This document shows, piece by piece, positions 26,878 through 37,053 of a stretch of 64,000 bases of DNA. The DNA comes from Verrucomicrobiales bacterium (GTDB lineage Bacteria > Verrucomicrobiota > Verrucomicrobiia > Limisphaerales > UBA1100), in contig JAYOSV010000002.1 in the NCBI GenBank assembly GCA_038139415.1, positions 79,926 through 143,925 of the forward strand. The letters run 5' to 3'. Positions within the stretch are counted from its first letter, which is position 1. Every line of letters starts with the position of its first letter. The position numbers and the translations under genes are program-made. The notes under the pieces are model-generated. The model ran no database searches and was not told the origin of the DNA. It saw nothing but the letters and a program-made list of their open reading frames with translations.

Positions 26878-27345
26878 GTGAACGCAGAGGTCACGCTGGT
26901 TCAGATTCGCGGTATCCTGCCGGCCCACAGTGGTGCCGCGATTTTTCTTGGGAACGAGGAGAAGGTTTTCATCATTCAGGTGGAGGCCGCCATGGCGCAG
27001 GTGATCGGCAATTTTCTGAGTGATGCCCCCAAGGAACGTCCCCTCACACATGATCTCATGTCGAATGTCTTTCAGGGCTTCGGCATCGAGGTGGAGCGCG
27101 TGGTGGTGACGGAACTCAAGAATTCCACCTACTTCGCGCGCATGATTCTCAAGATGGAAAACGAATTGGGCACCAAGATCGTGGAGCTCGATGCGCGTCC
27201 CAGTGATTGCCTGGCCATTGCCGCGTCTCATAAAATTCCCGTGTACGTCAGCAACACGCTCTTTGCGGAGTTGGAGGACATGAGCGAGGTTCTGGACCAA
27301 ATCAATCAAAGCCGGGAAGAGGAGTCCGACTCCGACGATGAGTAA
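26878..27345 (+). CDS. Bifunctional nuclease (DUF151) family protein
   Basis: RPLTHDL and DARPSD..A.A. Confidence 0.88.
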   Translation: MNAEVTLVQIRGILPAHSGAAIFLGNEEKVFIIQVEAAMAQVIGNFLSDAPKERPLTHDLMSNVFQGFGIEVERVVVTELKNSTYFARMILKMENELGTKIVELDARPSDCLAIAASHKIPVYVSNTLFAELEDMSEVLDQINQSREEESDSDDE

Positions 27346-28471
27346 GGCGCTGCCGGAAGGGCCTCTGGCATTCGTGCAAGGCGATGACGATTTTGCCGTG
27401 GCCCAGCGTGCACGACAGATTTACCACGGCTGGTGCGAAGCGGAAGGGGGCGAGGATAACGAGATCATCGAGGCGCATTCCGCCAACGCCGGGGAGGCCG
27501 TAAAGGCGCTCGGGCGACTGCATGAAGCCATTGACACCCTGCCGTTTTTCGGCGGCGGCAAAATTGTCTGGTTCAAGGACTGCAATTTCCTCGGGGACGA
27601 CCGGACTGCCAAGGCCAATGACGTCAGCTCCGGTCTGGGCGATATTACGGCCAAGCTAAAGACCTTCGACTGGGCCGGTGTGCGGTTAGTGATCAGCGGC
27701 GCAAAGGCTGACAAGCGTAAGACGTTTTATAAAACCGTTTCAAAGCTCGGGCACACTGAGGAGTTTGCGGCCTTGAGCGTGGACGACAAGGAATGGCAGG
27801 CCAAAGCCGAGCAGTTGATCGGCGCAAAACTCAAGGCTTTGAAAAAGAAACCGGATTACCGGTCCGTGACGGAGCTGGCCCAAATGGTCGGGCCGGACAC
27901 GCGCGCCTTGGCTAGTGAATGCGAGAAACTTTCAATTTTCGTGGGCGACCGCGCCGAGATCACGTCGGAGGATGTCCGGGCGATTGTCACGCAAGGCAAA
28001 CTAGCCAAGGCCTTTGCGTTGGGCGACGCGGTGGGGGAACGGAATCTACCTAAGGTGCTTCGGCGTTTGGACGAGGATTTGTGGGCGGCCAAGACGGATC
28101 GCAAGAAATCGGTGATCGGCCTCGTGGCCGGCCTGGTCAGCAAAGTGCGTTCACTGTTGTTCGCGCGCGAATTGCTGGATGCGGGCTGGGTGAAGCCAGC
28201 TCGGAATTATCCGCAGTTTAAATCGCAGTTGGACAACCTGCCGGCGGATGCGTTCGCGGATGATCGCCGGATCAGTCCACTGGCATTGCACCCGTATGTC
28301 CTGTTTAGCGCCACCAATCAGGCCCGAAATTATTCGCGCGGAGAACTGATACGGGCGCTGGACCTGCTAATGCAATGCAACCGGCGACTGGTGTCCAGTT
28401 CACTGGATGAATCCTTTGTGTTGCAGCAGGCACTGACTCAAATTCTGATTCGGGAGGCAGAAGCCGCGTGA
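27338..28471 (+). CDS. holA: DNA polymerase III delta subunit
   Basis: GDDDF, TLPFFGG.K.V, DKRK, ECEKL and FALGDA. Confidence 0.82.
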   Translation: MSKALPEGPLAFVQGDDDFAVAQRARQIYHGWCEAEGGEDNEIIEAHSANAGEAVKALGRLHEAIDTLPFFGGGKIVWFKDCNFLGDDRTAKANDVSSGLGDITAKLKTFDWAGVRLVISGAKADKRKTFYKTVSKLGHTEEFAALSVDDKEWQAKAEQLIGAKLKALKKKPDYRSVTELAQMVGPDTRALASECEKLSIFVGDRAEITSEDVRAIVTQGKLAKAFALGDAVGERNLPKVLRRLDEDLWAAKTDRKKSVIGLVAGLVSKVRSLLFARELLDAGWVKPARNYPQFKSQLDNLPADAFADDRRISPLALHPYVLFSATNQARNYSRGELIRALDLLMQCNRRLVSSSLDESFVLQQALTQILIREAEAA

Positions 28472-28947
28472 TGACCACCCAGCTTCAGGTGGCCGTGACC
28501 GAGTCTGTGGCCTGCGTACGCGTGGAAGGCCCGGCGAATTTCGCCGTGAGCGTGGATTTCAAATCCGTGGCCACCCAATGCTGCGACGCGGGCGGGCGCG
28601 TGTTGCTGCTCGATCTCGCGGCGTGCCCGAATATGGACAGCACCTTTCTAGGAATTCTGGTCGGGCTTACGGGCAAACTGGACCGTATTGAGCTGCTCAA
28701 TCCCTGTGAGCGGGTGACTGATCTGTTAGAGAATTTGGGCGTGTTGGATCTCATGTCCGTCGGGCAGGGTGCCAATCCCTTTGATGGCCGTCTGGAGACC
28801 GCTGACAGCACGCAGGCCGACAAGCGCGCGCTGACCGAGGCCAGTCTGGAGGCCCACAAACTTCTCATGGAGGTCAATCCGGATAACGTGCCGAAATTCA
28901 AAGACGTCGCACAGTTTCTGGCGGAAGACATGGAGCGGCAGGGTTAA
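28468..28947 (+). CDS. STAS domain protein (anti-anti-sigma-like)
   Basis: LDLAACPNMDSTFLG phosphoacceptor motif. Confidence 0.85.
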   Translation: MMTTQLQVAVTESVACVRVEGPANFAVSVDFKSVATQCCDAGGRVLLLDLAACPNMDSTFLGILVGLTGKLDRIELLNPCERVTDLLENLGVLDLMSVGQGANPFDGRLETADSTQADKRALTEASLEAHKLLMEVNPDNVPKFKDVAQFLAEDMERQG

Positions 28948-29007
28948 TCGTCTGTGACTAATTTCCCATTGGAACAAACAGGGGTCTTGGGTTAACAACC
29001 CCCGCCC

Positions 29008-31029
29008 ATGGCCAACCTGAGTCGCCTGAATCCAGAACAACGCATCGCCGCGGAGACCATTCGCGGGCCGGTGTTGATTCTTGCCGGGGCCGGTACCGGA
29101 AAGACCAACACGGTGACGCATCGGGTGGCGCACATGGTTGATCAGGGTATCTCGCCGGAGAACATTCTGGCGGTCACCTTCACCAATAAAGCCGCGCGCG
29201 AGATGTTGCAGCGCGTCAATAAGCTCATCCCCAAAGGGCCCACGCGCGATGACGGCAAGCCGCTGAAGCCGACGGTGTGTACTTTTCATTCCCTGTGCGT
29301 TCGGATTCTGCGCCGGCACATCACCAAGCTGGGGTACAAACGCAATTTCGTGATCTATAATGAAAGCGAACAGTTAGGGGTGGTTAAAAAAATCCTGAGC
29401 GCTATTTCCGGCAAGGACGTGAAGGCGGATCCGCGGGAACTGCATGGCCTGCTCAGCCGCCTGAAGAATGCCGGCTCCCGCGGGGCCGGAAAGATTTTCG
29501 GCAGCGAAGAGGCGGTGGCTATGGCAGATCATATTCGCAGTCGCTATGACACTGCCCTCAAGGCCGCCAACGCGGTGGATTTCGATGACCTGCTAGTGCT
29601 TACCTTGAAGCTATTTCAGGAACATCCAGACGCTCTGGAGGAATGCCGGCAACGCTATCAGTATGTGACGGTGGATGAGTATCAGGACACCAACGCCGCC
29701 CAGTACGAGTTGATGCATCTGCTCGCCAAGGAACACCGGAATGTGTGCGTGGTGGGCGATGACGACCAAAGCATCTACGGCTGGCGCGGGGCGGAGATTT
29801 CCAATATTCTCGATTTGGAGAAGGATTATCCGGAGATCAAAGTCATTAAGTTGGAACAGAATTACCGCTCCACCCGGGTGATTCTCGATGCAGCCAACGC
29901 GGTCATTAAGAATAATCCCCAACGCCGGCCCAAGCAGTTGTGGAGCGCCAAGGGTCAGGGCGAAATGATTCGGCTGCAGTCGTTTGAGGATGAGGAACAG
30001 GAGGCCGAGGCGATTGTGGGGGAGATTGAATTCAACCGTATGGGCAAACGGATTCCTTGGAAGGAACACGCCATTCTCTTTCGCACGAACATCCAGGCCC
30101 GGCCGCTGGAGACGGCGCTGCGCAAGGCGCAGGTGCGATATAATCTGATCGGCGGCCAGAGCTTTTTTGATCGGCGCGAGATACGGGATTTTCTCGCCTA
30201 CATGAAAACCATGGTTAATCCAAACGACGACGCCAGCCTGTTGCGTATTGCCAATGTGCCGGCGCGCGGCCTGAGTGACGTGACCATGGAACGTCTGCTG
30301 GCGGCAAGTCAGGAACGCGAATGTTCGGTGTGGCAGGCGATGAAAAATGACTTGGTGATTCACGAGTTTCAGCCGCGCACGCGCAAATCGATCGAGGAAT
30401 TTGTGACCTTGGTGGAGGAGTTTCGCGAGCCGTTGAAGGCGGAGAATCTCCAGCTATCGGCTTGGGCGGATCAATTCCTAGATGACATTGATTACGGGCG
30501 CGAGTTGAAGAAGGGGGAGAAGAATCCGGAGAATGCCGAGAACCGCATGCGTAATCTGCGCGAACTGACGCGCACTATGGATAACAAAGGGGAGACACTT
30601 ATTCCCTCCAACCGGTTGGTTAAGTTTCTGGACGACATCACGCTGGACGCCGAGCGAGAGGAGGATCGGGAAGAGAAGGGGGACATGGTGACGTTGATCA
30701 CCACGCACAGTTGCAAGGGGCTGGAGTATCCGCATGTGTTTCTCGTGGGCGTGGAGGAAGGTTTGCTGCCGCATTCGCGGTCGGCGGTGGAGGGCACGCA
30801 GGATGAGGAACGACGTCTGTTTTACGTGGCCATCACGCGCGCCATGCAGACATTGACCATCACGCATTGCCGGAGCCGGATGAAATACGGCAGCAAGGTG
30901 CTCTGTCATCCTTCGAGTTTCCTGAAGGAAGTGCCGGAGGAGTTGTGCGATGAATTGATCGACAGCGAACCGGTGAGCCTCAATGAAGGTCGCGATATGT
31001 TCGCCGCGATGCGGGAGATGCTGGATTAA
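29008..31029 (+). CDS. UvrD/Rep/PcrA SF1 DNA helicase (Rep-like length)
   Basis: AGAGTGKT, TFTNKAA, DEYQD, VGDDDQSIYGWRG, NYRS, KGLE and EERRLFYVAITRA. Confidence 0.95.
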   Translation: MANLSRLNPEQRIAAETIRGPVLILAGAGTGKTNTVTHRVAHMVDQGISPENILAVTFTNKAAREMLQRVNKLIPKGPTRDDGKPLKPTVCTFHSLCVRILRRHITKLGYKRNFVIYNESEQLGVVKKILSAISGKDVKADPRELHGLLSRLKNAGSRGAGKIFGSEEAVAMADHIRSRYDTALKAANAVDFDDLLVLTLKLFQEHPDALEECRQRYQYVTVDEYQDTNAAQYELMHLLAKEHRNVCVVGDDDQSIYGWRGAEISNILDLEKDYPEIKVIKLEQNYRSTRVILDAANAVIKNNPQRRPKQLWSAKGQGEMIRLQSFEDEEQEAEAIVGEIEFNRMGKRIPWKEHAILFRTNIQARPLETALRKAQVRYNLIGGQSFFDRREIRDFLAYMKTMVNPNDDASLLRIANVPARGLSDVTMERLLAASQERECSVWQAMKNDLVIHEFQPRTRKSIEEFVTLVEEFREPLKAENLQLSAWADQFLDDIDYGRELKKGEKNPENAENRMRNLRELTRTMDNKGETLIPSNRLVKFLDDITLDAEREEDREEKGDMVTLITTHSCKGLEYPHVFLVGVEEGLLPHSRSAVEGTQDEERRLFYVAITRAMQTLTITHCRSRMKYGSKVLCHPSSFLKEVPEELCDELIDSEPVSLNEGRDMFAAMREMLD

Positions 31030-31032
31030 AAG

Positions 31033-31068
31033 AAAACGGCCGGCGTTGCCGCCGACCGTGAGAGTTTT
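31033..31068. terminator. Hairpin between convergent genes
   Basis: ACGGCCGGCG-TTGC-CGCCGACCGT with an A-rich left flank. Confidence 0.55.
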
Positions 31069-31083
31069 CGTTGCCGCAATGTT

Positions 31084-32304
31084 CTAGCGGCTAATGTCGT
31101 AGACAAACATGTTGTCCTGATCGCGCAGGTAGAGTTTGCCGTCCAGTACCACCGGATGAGCCCAAGCCCGGGCGCGGGTGCGTTCCGGTTGATCAAAGCG
31201 GCTCACTTCTTCGTAGCCGGTGGGGCTCAGTTTCACGAGGGAAACCGGCCCGCGCTCGGTGCGAAGGATGATCTTGTTGTCGGCCACAATGATGGCACCC
31301 TTGCCGGCGCTACGTTCATTCCACATCACCTCGCCGTCAGACAGGCGCAGGCAGGAAAGCTGGCCGCTGTTGGAGCCGTAGACGTAGTCGCCTACGCGGA
31401 TGGCACCACCGTGATGGTTCGCCATGCCGGCGCCGCCCACGTGCTTGTAGATTTCGTTGGCGACAAACTGGTTGTTCTTATACTCGACCTTGAACCCGTT
31501 ACAGCCCACGCCGTAGGCGCTGGTGACGAATAGGGTGCCTTTGTCGTATATGGGCGTGGAAATCACCGCGGTCTTGCCGGGTCGATCGGCGCGCCAGAGC
31601 AATTTGCCGTTGCCGGCATCAATGCCCGCCACGCTTTTGCCGGTGAGCTGGATGTACTGCTTGATGTCGCCAATTTCGCGGATGATCAGCGAGGAATAAC
31701 CGGCCGGATCGGTGAGGCCTTCGCAGCGCCATGCTTGTTTGCCGGTCTTGGCGTCCAGCGCAAGCACGGCGCCCTTGTCGCCGCCGGGGGTCACGACCAC
31801 TTTGCCGTCGTCCACCAGCGGAGATTCACTCCAGCGCCAGCCGCTCATCATGCGGCCTTCGTAATCGTTCTGGATGTTGACGCGCCAGACTTCCTTGCCT
31901 TCGGTGCTCACGCACACGAGATCACCCTGTTGGCCGAGCGCGTACACGTGGCCATTGGCAACGGTAGGAGTGGAACGCGGGCCGGGATAGCCGCGGTGGC
32001 CCTTCGGTTCGCCGATGCGGCTCTTCCACTTGTGTTTGCCCTTAAGATCTAGAGCGAACAGGTAGCAGGCATCTTCCAGATCGCCGAGGGTGTACACGGT
32101 GTCGTCGGCAATCACGACGCTGGAAAAACCGGCACCAACGCCGGTGGCCTTGTATAGCAGTTTGGGACCGCCTTCCGGCCATTCGGCCGCCAGGCCTTTT
32201 TCGAGATTCACGCCGTCGCGATTCGGCCCACGCCATTGGGGCCAGTCGGCGGCAAATACGCTGAGCGTCAAGCCCAGCACTAGAGAGGTTGTGAGAATAC
32301 GCAT
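31084..32304 (-). CDS. Exported PQQ-like beta-propeller protein
   Basis: Signal peptide, DWPQWRGPNRDG, repeated propeller blades, WAHPVV..GKLYLRDQ. Confidence 0.85.
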   Translation of the reverse strand: MRILTTSLVLGLTLSVFAADWPQWRGPNRDGVNLEKGLAAEWPEGGPKLLYKATGVGAGFSSVVIADDTVYTLGDLEDACYLFALDLKGKHKWKSRIGEPKGHRGYPGPRSTPTVANGHVYALGQQGDLVCVSTEGKEVWRVNIQNDYEGRMMSGWRWSESPLVDDGKVVVTPGGDKGAVLALDAKTGKQAWRCEGLTDPAGYSSLIIREIGDIKQYIQLTGKSVAGIDAGNGKLLWRADRPGKTAVISTPIYDKGTLFVTSAYGVGCNGFKVEYKNNQFVANEIYKHVGGAGMANHHGGAIRVGDYVYGSNSGQLSCLRLSDGEVMWNERSAGKGAIIVADNKIILRTERGPVSLVKLSPTGYEEVSRFDQPERTRARAWAHPVVLDGKLYLRDQDNMFVYDISR

Positions 32305-32329
32305 ATTTGTTTTGTTAAATGGGTGAGGG

Positions 32330-33811
32330 TTATTTATCGAACCGTATTTGTTGCACAATGTCGTTGGCGATGCCGAACCAGACAGTGGTGTAGGCTTCGC
32401 CTTTGGGGCCTTTCACATTCATGCCCGTGTAGCCGAGCCAGCCGCCCTGAGTCTTGTCAGCCTTGCCGAAGACTTGTTCCACAACGGCTTTGGTTTTGCC
32501 CTTATAAATGGTGTCAATGGAGGTGTCGTTCACGCTGGCCGTCCAAGGGCGGGTTTTGCCCACGGAGCCGCCAAGACCGTTGCTGCCGACGACGTGGCAG
32601 TAGATGTGTTCCTGATCACGCAAATACAAGCGACCATTGGCGACCACCGGGTGGGTCCACACCTTGCCGCTGCGGCTGCGGATGCTGGACTGTGGTTGCA
32701 GGCGAAATTTGCCGGCGACTCGGAAGGCGGCCGGGTTGGCTGGCACGAGGGCCACCGTGCCGTCCGATTCGTTTACGGCAATGATCATGTCATCGGCGAT
32801 GGTGATGGCGCCTTTTCGCAGGGATCGGTCGCCGGTCCAGACCTCTTCGCCGTCAGACAGTTTCTGGCAGACCAATCCGCGGCCGTCTCCGAAACCGTAC
32901 ACATGCTGGCCGAGTTGGATCACGCCGCCGTGGTGGTTTTGCATCACCTTGTTTTGCCAGACATCGCGCACACGATTGCTGGCGCCGATATTCACCACCT
33001 TGCAGCCAACGCCGTAGCCGCTGCTAATGTAGACATTGCCATTGCTGAAAATGGGTGTGGGCACCACCGCGGTGCGGCCGGGCCAAGAGGACTTCCAGAG
33101 CACATTGCCGTTGCGGGCGTCGAGGCCAACCACGTTTTGTTGGGTCAACTGGATGTACTGGCGGGCGCCGTTGTGATTGACGGCGATGACCGAGGAATAT
33201 TGGGCGCCATCCTTAAACTGTTCACTGCGCCAAGCGACTTGGCCGGTTTGTTTGTTGAATGCAGCCACGGCGCCCTGACTACCGCCGGGGGTGGCAATCA
33301 CGAGGTTGCCATCGACCAACACGCTCTCGGTGTAACCCCAGCCGGGCGTCTTGCCGCCGAGCCGGTTCATGCTGGTCTGCCATTGGATGCGGCCATTGAG
33401 ATCGGTGCAGATCAGATTGCCCTGACCGCCCATGGCGTAAATGCGGGAGCCATCCACCGAGGGCGTGCCTCGCGGGCCGCCGCCCCAGTTGTTTTTGAGC
33501 TCGGGCCCGATGTTGGCGGCCCATTGTTCTCGGCCGGTGCGGGCATCCAGACAGATGAGCTGCTCAGTGCCTCGGCGGGAGCCCATGGTGTAAAGCTTGC
33601 CGTTGGCGATGGAGAAACTGGAATAACCGGTGCCGGCATTGCTGAAGATCCAAGCGCGCGCTGGTCCGGCTGCCGGCCAGCTTTTTAGTAGACCCGTTTC
33701 CTTGCTGACCCCGTCACGGTTTGGGCCGCGCCATTGCGGCCAATCGAGGGCAGAGAGAGTTTGTAGGCCTAGGGTCCACGTCAGGAGAATGAAAGTCGTG
33801 CGCATGGTCAA
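32330..33811 (-). CDS. Exported PQQ-like beta-propeller protein with a C-terminal extension
   Basis: DWPQWRGPNRDG, WTHPVVANGRLYLRDQ and about 80 extra C-terminal residues. Confidence 0.85.
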   Translation of the reverse strand: MTMRTTFILLTWTLGLQTLSALDWPQWRGPNRDGVSKETGLLKSWPAAGPARAWIFSNAGTGYSSFSIANGKLYTMGSRRGTEQLICLDARTGREQWAANIGPELKNNWGGGPRGTPSVDGSRIYAMGGQGNLICTDLNGRIQWQTSMNRLGGKTPGWGYTESVLVDGNLVIATPGGSQGAVAAFNKQTGQVAWRSEQFKDGAQYSSVIAVNHNGARQYIQLTQQNVVGLDARNGNVLWKSSWPGRTAVVPTPIFSNGNVYISSGYGVGCKVVNIGASNRVRDVWQNKVMQNHHGGVIQLGQHVYGFGDGRGLVCQKLSDGEEVWTGDRSLRKGAITIADDMIIAVNESDGTVALVPANPAAFRVAGKFRLQPQSSIRSRSGKVWTHPVVANGRLYLRDQEHIYCHVVGSNGLGGSVGKTRPWTASVNDTSIDTIYKGKTKAVVEQVFGKADKTQGGWLGYTGMNVKGPKGEAYTTVWFGIANDIVQQIRFDK

Positions 33812-33867
33812 AGGTTGGTGATTGGATACGTTGAATCGTGGAGGGATTCAACCAAATTGCACACAAT

Positions 33868-34437
33868 TTACAGTCCCAACCGAACGGCCCGGTCATTGAG
33901 CTGGGCCTGCCATTTTTGCAAGTAACTGTATTGGTGAAAGAGTTTCTCAAGGGTCTCGCAATCCCACTGGGCATTGAGCCCGCGTGCTGCTGCGTCGAGA
34001 GCCTGTAATTCCTGTTGAATGCGACTGAGCAAGGCGTTGGTTTTTTCCAGCCAATCCAGGGCTTGAGGAAAGGATTGGGCCTTCAGGAGTGGGGATGTCT
34101 CAGCCTCTCGTTTGGCGAGAAAGGTGTCGATGGGCCTCAGGAGCTGGCCGACTTCAAGAAAGAGATCGGCGGTCTCGGGCAAGATATCGTGGACCTCCTC
34201 CGGTTTCTGACCGCGCTCCAAGGTCAGTAAATGCTGCAGGCGGCGCTTGGAATCGCGTAAGGTGTCGTGCGCCAGATTCAATTCGGCAAACCGGGCCTGG
34301 GCCGAATCCTTCTCGGCCGGGTCCATAAATTTGTCCGGATGCGTGGCAGTTGAGCGTATTAGAAAGGCTTGCTTGAGCGCGTCCGGTTCCAGCCATGGTT
34401 GGCGCGGCAACTCCAGCAGCGCGAAGGCGTCGGTCAT
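33868..34437 (-). CDS. HscB-like J-domain co-chaperone
   Basis: HPDKF J-domain motif, LN.A...L.D...R; translationally coupled to iscA. Confidence 0.75.
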   Translation of the reverse strand: MTDAFALLELPRQPWLEPDALKQAFLIRSTATHPDKFMDPAEKDSAQARFAELNLAHDTLRDSKRRLQHLLTLERGQKPEEVHDILPETADLFLEVGQLLRPIDTFLAKREAETSPLLKAQSFPQALDWLEKTNALLSRIQQELQALDAAARGLNAQWDCETLEKLFHQYSYLQKWQAQLNDRAVRLGL

Positions 34438-34823
34438 GCGCTGAAACTTTCGCCGCAGGAACAGGAGGTGGCGGCGTTGGGATTGTTGACCTTAAAACCC
34501 GATTCCTCCAGACCGCTTTGATAATCCAGCTCGCTACCGGTGACATACAGCGCGCTCTTGGGGTCCACCACCACGCGCACGCCCCGGCTCTCCACGAGAA
34601 TGTCGCGATTGGCTGGGCTATCCTGCAAATCCATTTTGTACTGCAGACCGCTGCAGCCGCCGCCCATCACCGCCACGCGCAGAACGCCATCAGGGCGGCC
34701 TTGGCGCTGGAGTAGGGCGGTTACTTTATCCGCCGCGCTGGAGGTCAGCTTCACCAGACGCTCGTCGCCCGTACGGTATTTGACGTCGCTACTGGATTCG
34801 GTTTTGCGTTTACCTGCAAGCAC
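34434..34823 (-). CDS. iscA: A-type Fe-S carrier (IscA/HesB/ErpA)
   Basis: GGGCSGLQY and NPNA...CSCGESF. Confidence 0.9.
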   Translation of the reverse strand: MLAGKRKTESSSDVKYRTGDERLVKLTSSAADKVTALLQRQGRPDGVLRVAVMGGGCSGLQYKMDLQDSPANRDILVESRGVRVVVDPKSALYVTGSELDYQSGLEESGFKVNNPNAATSCSCGESFSA

Positions 34824-34829
34824 GTGGCG

Positions 34830-34858
34830 ATTTTAAGGCAGAGTGCCGTATGAATAAA
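34830..34858 (-). promoter_or_regulatory. Leaderless-type promoter of iscA
   Basis: Minus strand TTTATT, 17 bp, TAAAAT, 6 nt, GTG. Confidence 0.55.
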
Positions 34859-34898
34859 GCATTTCAAAACGCAATCTTTTTTGGGAAGCTTTCCGCCG

Positions 34899-37028
34899 AT
34901 GAAACGCTTCCTGCTTTCATTTCTGATTCTGACCGCTGGCGTTCTCCATGCGCAGGACGCGCTTGGCACCTTGCTGGGGCCGCCGGACGATGATTTCTCG
35001 GCCAAGACTAAGGTTGATTTGTTGGTGGAACTGGCTGAAGTCAAGCCGGGCACCATCGTGACGGTAGGCCTGCATCTTCGTATGCCCGAGAAATGGCATA
35101 CCTATTGGAACAACCCCGGTGATAGCGGCGATTCCACCAAAATGACTTGGGAGAACCTTCCGGAAGGCATCACCGCCGGCGCGATTCAATGGCCGGTGCC
35201 GGAGAAGGTGGAATGGCTGGGGATGTTCACCTACGCCTACCATCACGACGTCTTGTTGATGATTCCCTTGAAGCTTTCTGCCGATGTAAAGCCGGGCGAA
35301 TATGAGCTTAAAGGCAAAGTGGAATGGCTGGAGTGCGAGGAGTCATGTCTGCCCGGTGATAAACAAGTGTCGGCGACTCTGGTTGTGGGTAAGAACGCCG
35401 AGTCGGGGCTGAATGCGGATTTGTTTGAGACCTGGCGAAAGAAGCTGCCCGACGCTAAAGCGTTGCCGGCGATCTCGGCCCGTTGGAGAGGCAAACCCGT
35501 GGAAGGCAAGCGCGAGATTGCCATTGAGGCGCCATTTGGCAAAGGCGCCGTGGTGGCGTTTATCCCGGACGCTACTGAGAGCAAGGCGTGGAAGATTTCC
35601 CATGACTCCGTGCAGGTCATTGAGGCGGAGAACACGTTGATCCGGAAAACAGTGGAGAGCAAGCAAGGCGAATGGCCCGCAGTAATCTCCGGGGTGTTGC
35701 GTGTGGAACTGGATGGAGCGGTGCAGGGATATCGGACCGAAGTGCAGATCGGGGACGGCGAGGAAACGGCGGGCAGTACGGTGACTGCGGAGCCGATTCA
35801 ATCGATCTGGTTAATTTTGGGCGGCGCGTTTTTGGGCGGACTAATCTTGAACATCATGCCCTGCGTGCTGCCAGTGATTTCCTTGAAGATCCTTGGATTC
35901 GTTCAGCAAAGTCAGGAATCGCCTGAGCGTGTACGCAAGCTGGGGCTGACGTATGCGCTGGGTGTGTGGGCATCATTTCTGGCACTGGCCGGCGTGTTGA
36001 TTTCAGCTAAGAACTCCACGCAAATGGCGTCGTGGGGAATGCAGATGCAAAGCCCGTACTTCAATCTGGTGCTGTTGCTCGTGGTGGTGCTTGTGGCGCT
36101 AAACTTGTTTGGAGTGTTTGAAGTGGCCTTGGGCGGCAGCACGATGACTAAGGCTAGCGAGTTATCCAGCCGGGAAGGATTTATGGGAGCCTTTTTTAAT
36201 GGCGTGCTGGCCACCGCGTTGGCCACCCCGTGCACGGCACCGTTTCTGGCGGGTGCAATGGGCGTGGCATTGACGCAGGGGCAGGGGACGATTATTGCGG
36301 CGATGAGCGCCGTGGCGTTTGGCTTGGCCTCCCCCTATGTGATCCTGAGCTTCCGGCCTGATTGGCTGAGGTTTCTGCCAAAACCGGGCGAATGGATGGT
36401 GCAGTTTAAAATGATCATGGGCTTCCCGATGTTGGCGGCCGGTGTTTGGATTCTCTCCTTCACCGGACCGATGTTCGGTAAGGCCGGTGTGTTATGGCTG
36501 GGAGTGCTATTGGTGTTTGTGGCGCTGGCAGCGTGGGTGTTTGGGGAATTCAAGCAACGCGCGGCCTCAATGAGTCTCAGGCCGCTGGTGGCTTGCGGCG
36601 TGTTGTTGTTTTCCGGATACGGTTTGGCGATGGAATGGGGATTAGACTGGCGCCAGACACGGGATGATTCCATCAAATGGGCGGCTTGGAGCCCGGAAGC
36701 CGAGCAGGAGGCACGGGCCGCGGGTAAACCGGTGCTGATTGATTTCACGGCGGACTGGTGCATTACCTGTAAGGCAAACAAGCGGACCTCCATCGAGATT
36801 GAATCCGTACGCGCCATGTTGAAGGAAAAGGGCGTCGTGGCAATGACGGGCGATTACACCAACAAGGATCCGCGCATCACCAAGGTGCTGCATGACCACC
36901 GCCGCTCGGGCGTTCCGTTGGTGCTGGTTTATTCACCGGGTGAGGATAAACCGGAGGTATTGCCGGTGATGTTGACACCTCAAATTGTCTTGGATGCTTT
37001 GGAGAATGCTGGTAAGCCTTCACCCTGA
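34899..37028 (+). CDS. dsbD: DsbD/ScsB-type thiol:disulfide interchange protein
   Basis: WHTYW.NPGDSG and CEESC N-domain; MPCVLP and TPCTAP in the transmembrane region; WCITC thioredoxin domain. Confidence 0.88.
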   Translation: MKRFLLSFLILTAGVLHAQDALGTLLGPPDDDFSAKTKVDLLVELAEVKPGTIVTVGLHLRMPEKWHTYWNNPGDSGDSTKMTWENLPEGITAGAIQWPVPEKVEWLGMFTYAYHHDVLLMIPLKLSADVKPGEYELKGKVEWLECEESCLPGDKQVSATLVVGKNAESGLNADLFETWRKKLPDAKALPAISARWRGKPVEGKREIAIEAPFGKGAVVAFIPDATESKAWKISHDSVQVIEAENTLIRKTVESKQGEWPAVISGVLRVELDGAVQGYRTEVQIGDGEETAGSTVTAEPIQSIWLILGGAFLGGLILNIMPCVLPVISLKILGFVQQSQESPERVRKLGLTYALGVWASFLALAGVLISAKNSTQMASWGMQMQSPYFNLVLLLVVVLVALNLFGVFEVALGGSTMTKASELSSREGFMGAFFNGVLATALATPCTAPFLAGAMGVALTQGQGTIIAAMSAVAFGLASPYVILSFRPDWLRFLPKPGEWMVQFKMIMGFPMLAAGVWILSFTGPMFGKAGVLWLGVLLVFVALAAWVFGEFKQRAASMSLRPLVACGVLLFSGYGLAMEWGLDWRQTRDDSIKWAAWSPEAEQEARAAGKPVLIDFTADWCITCKANKRTSIEIESVRAMLKEKGVVAMTGDYTNKDPRITKVLHDHRRSGVPLVLVYSPGEDKPEVLPVMLTPQIVLDALENAGKPSP

Positions 37029-37053
37029 TTTCGTTAGGGAGGGCGAACCCATT

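Noticed and set aside
32348..33688. 446 aa plus-strand ORF
   Set aside because: Antisense shadow of the beta-propeller gene; no recognisable motifs, and such ORFs are expected in GC-rich DNA.
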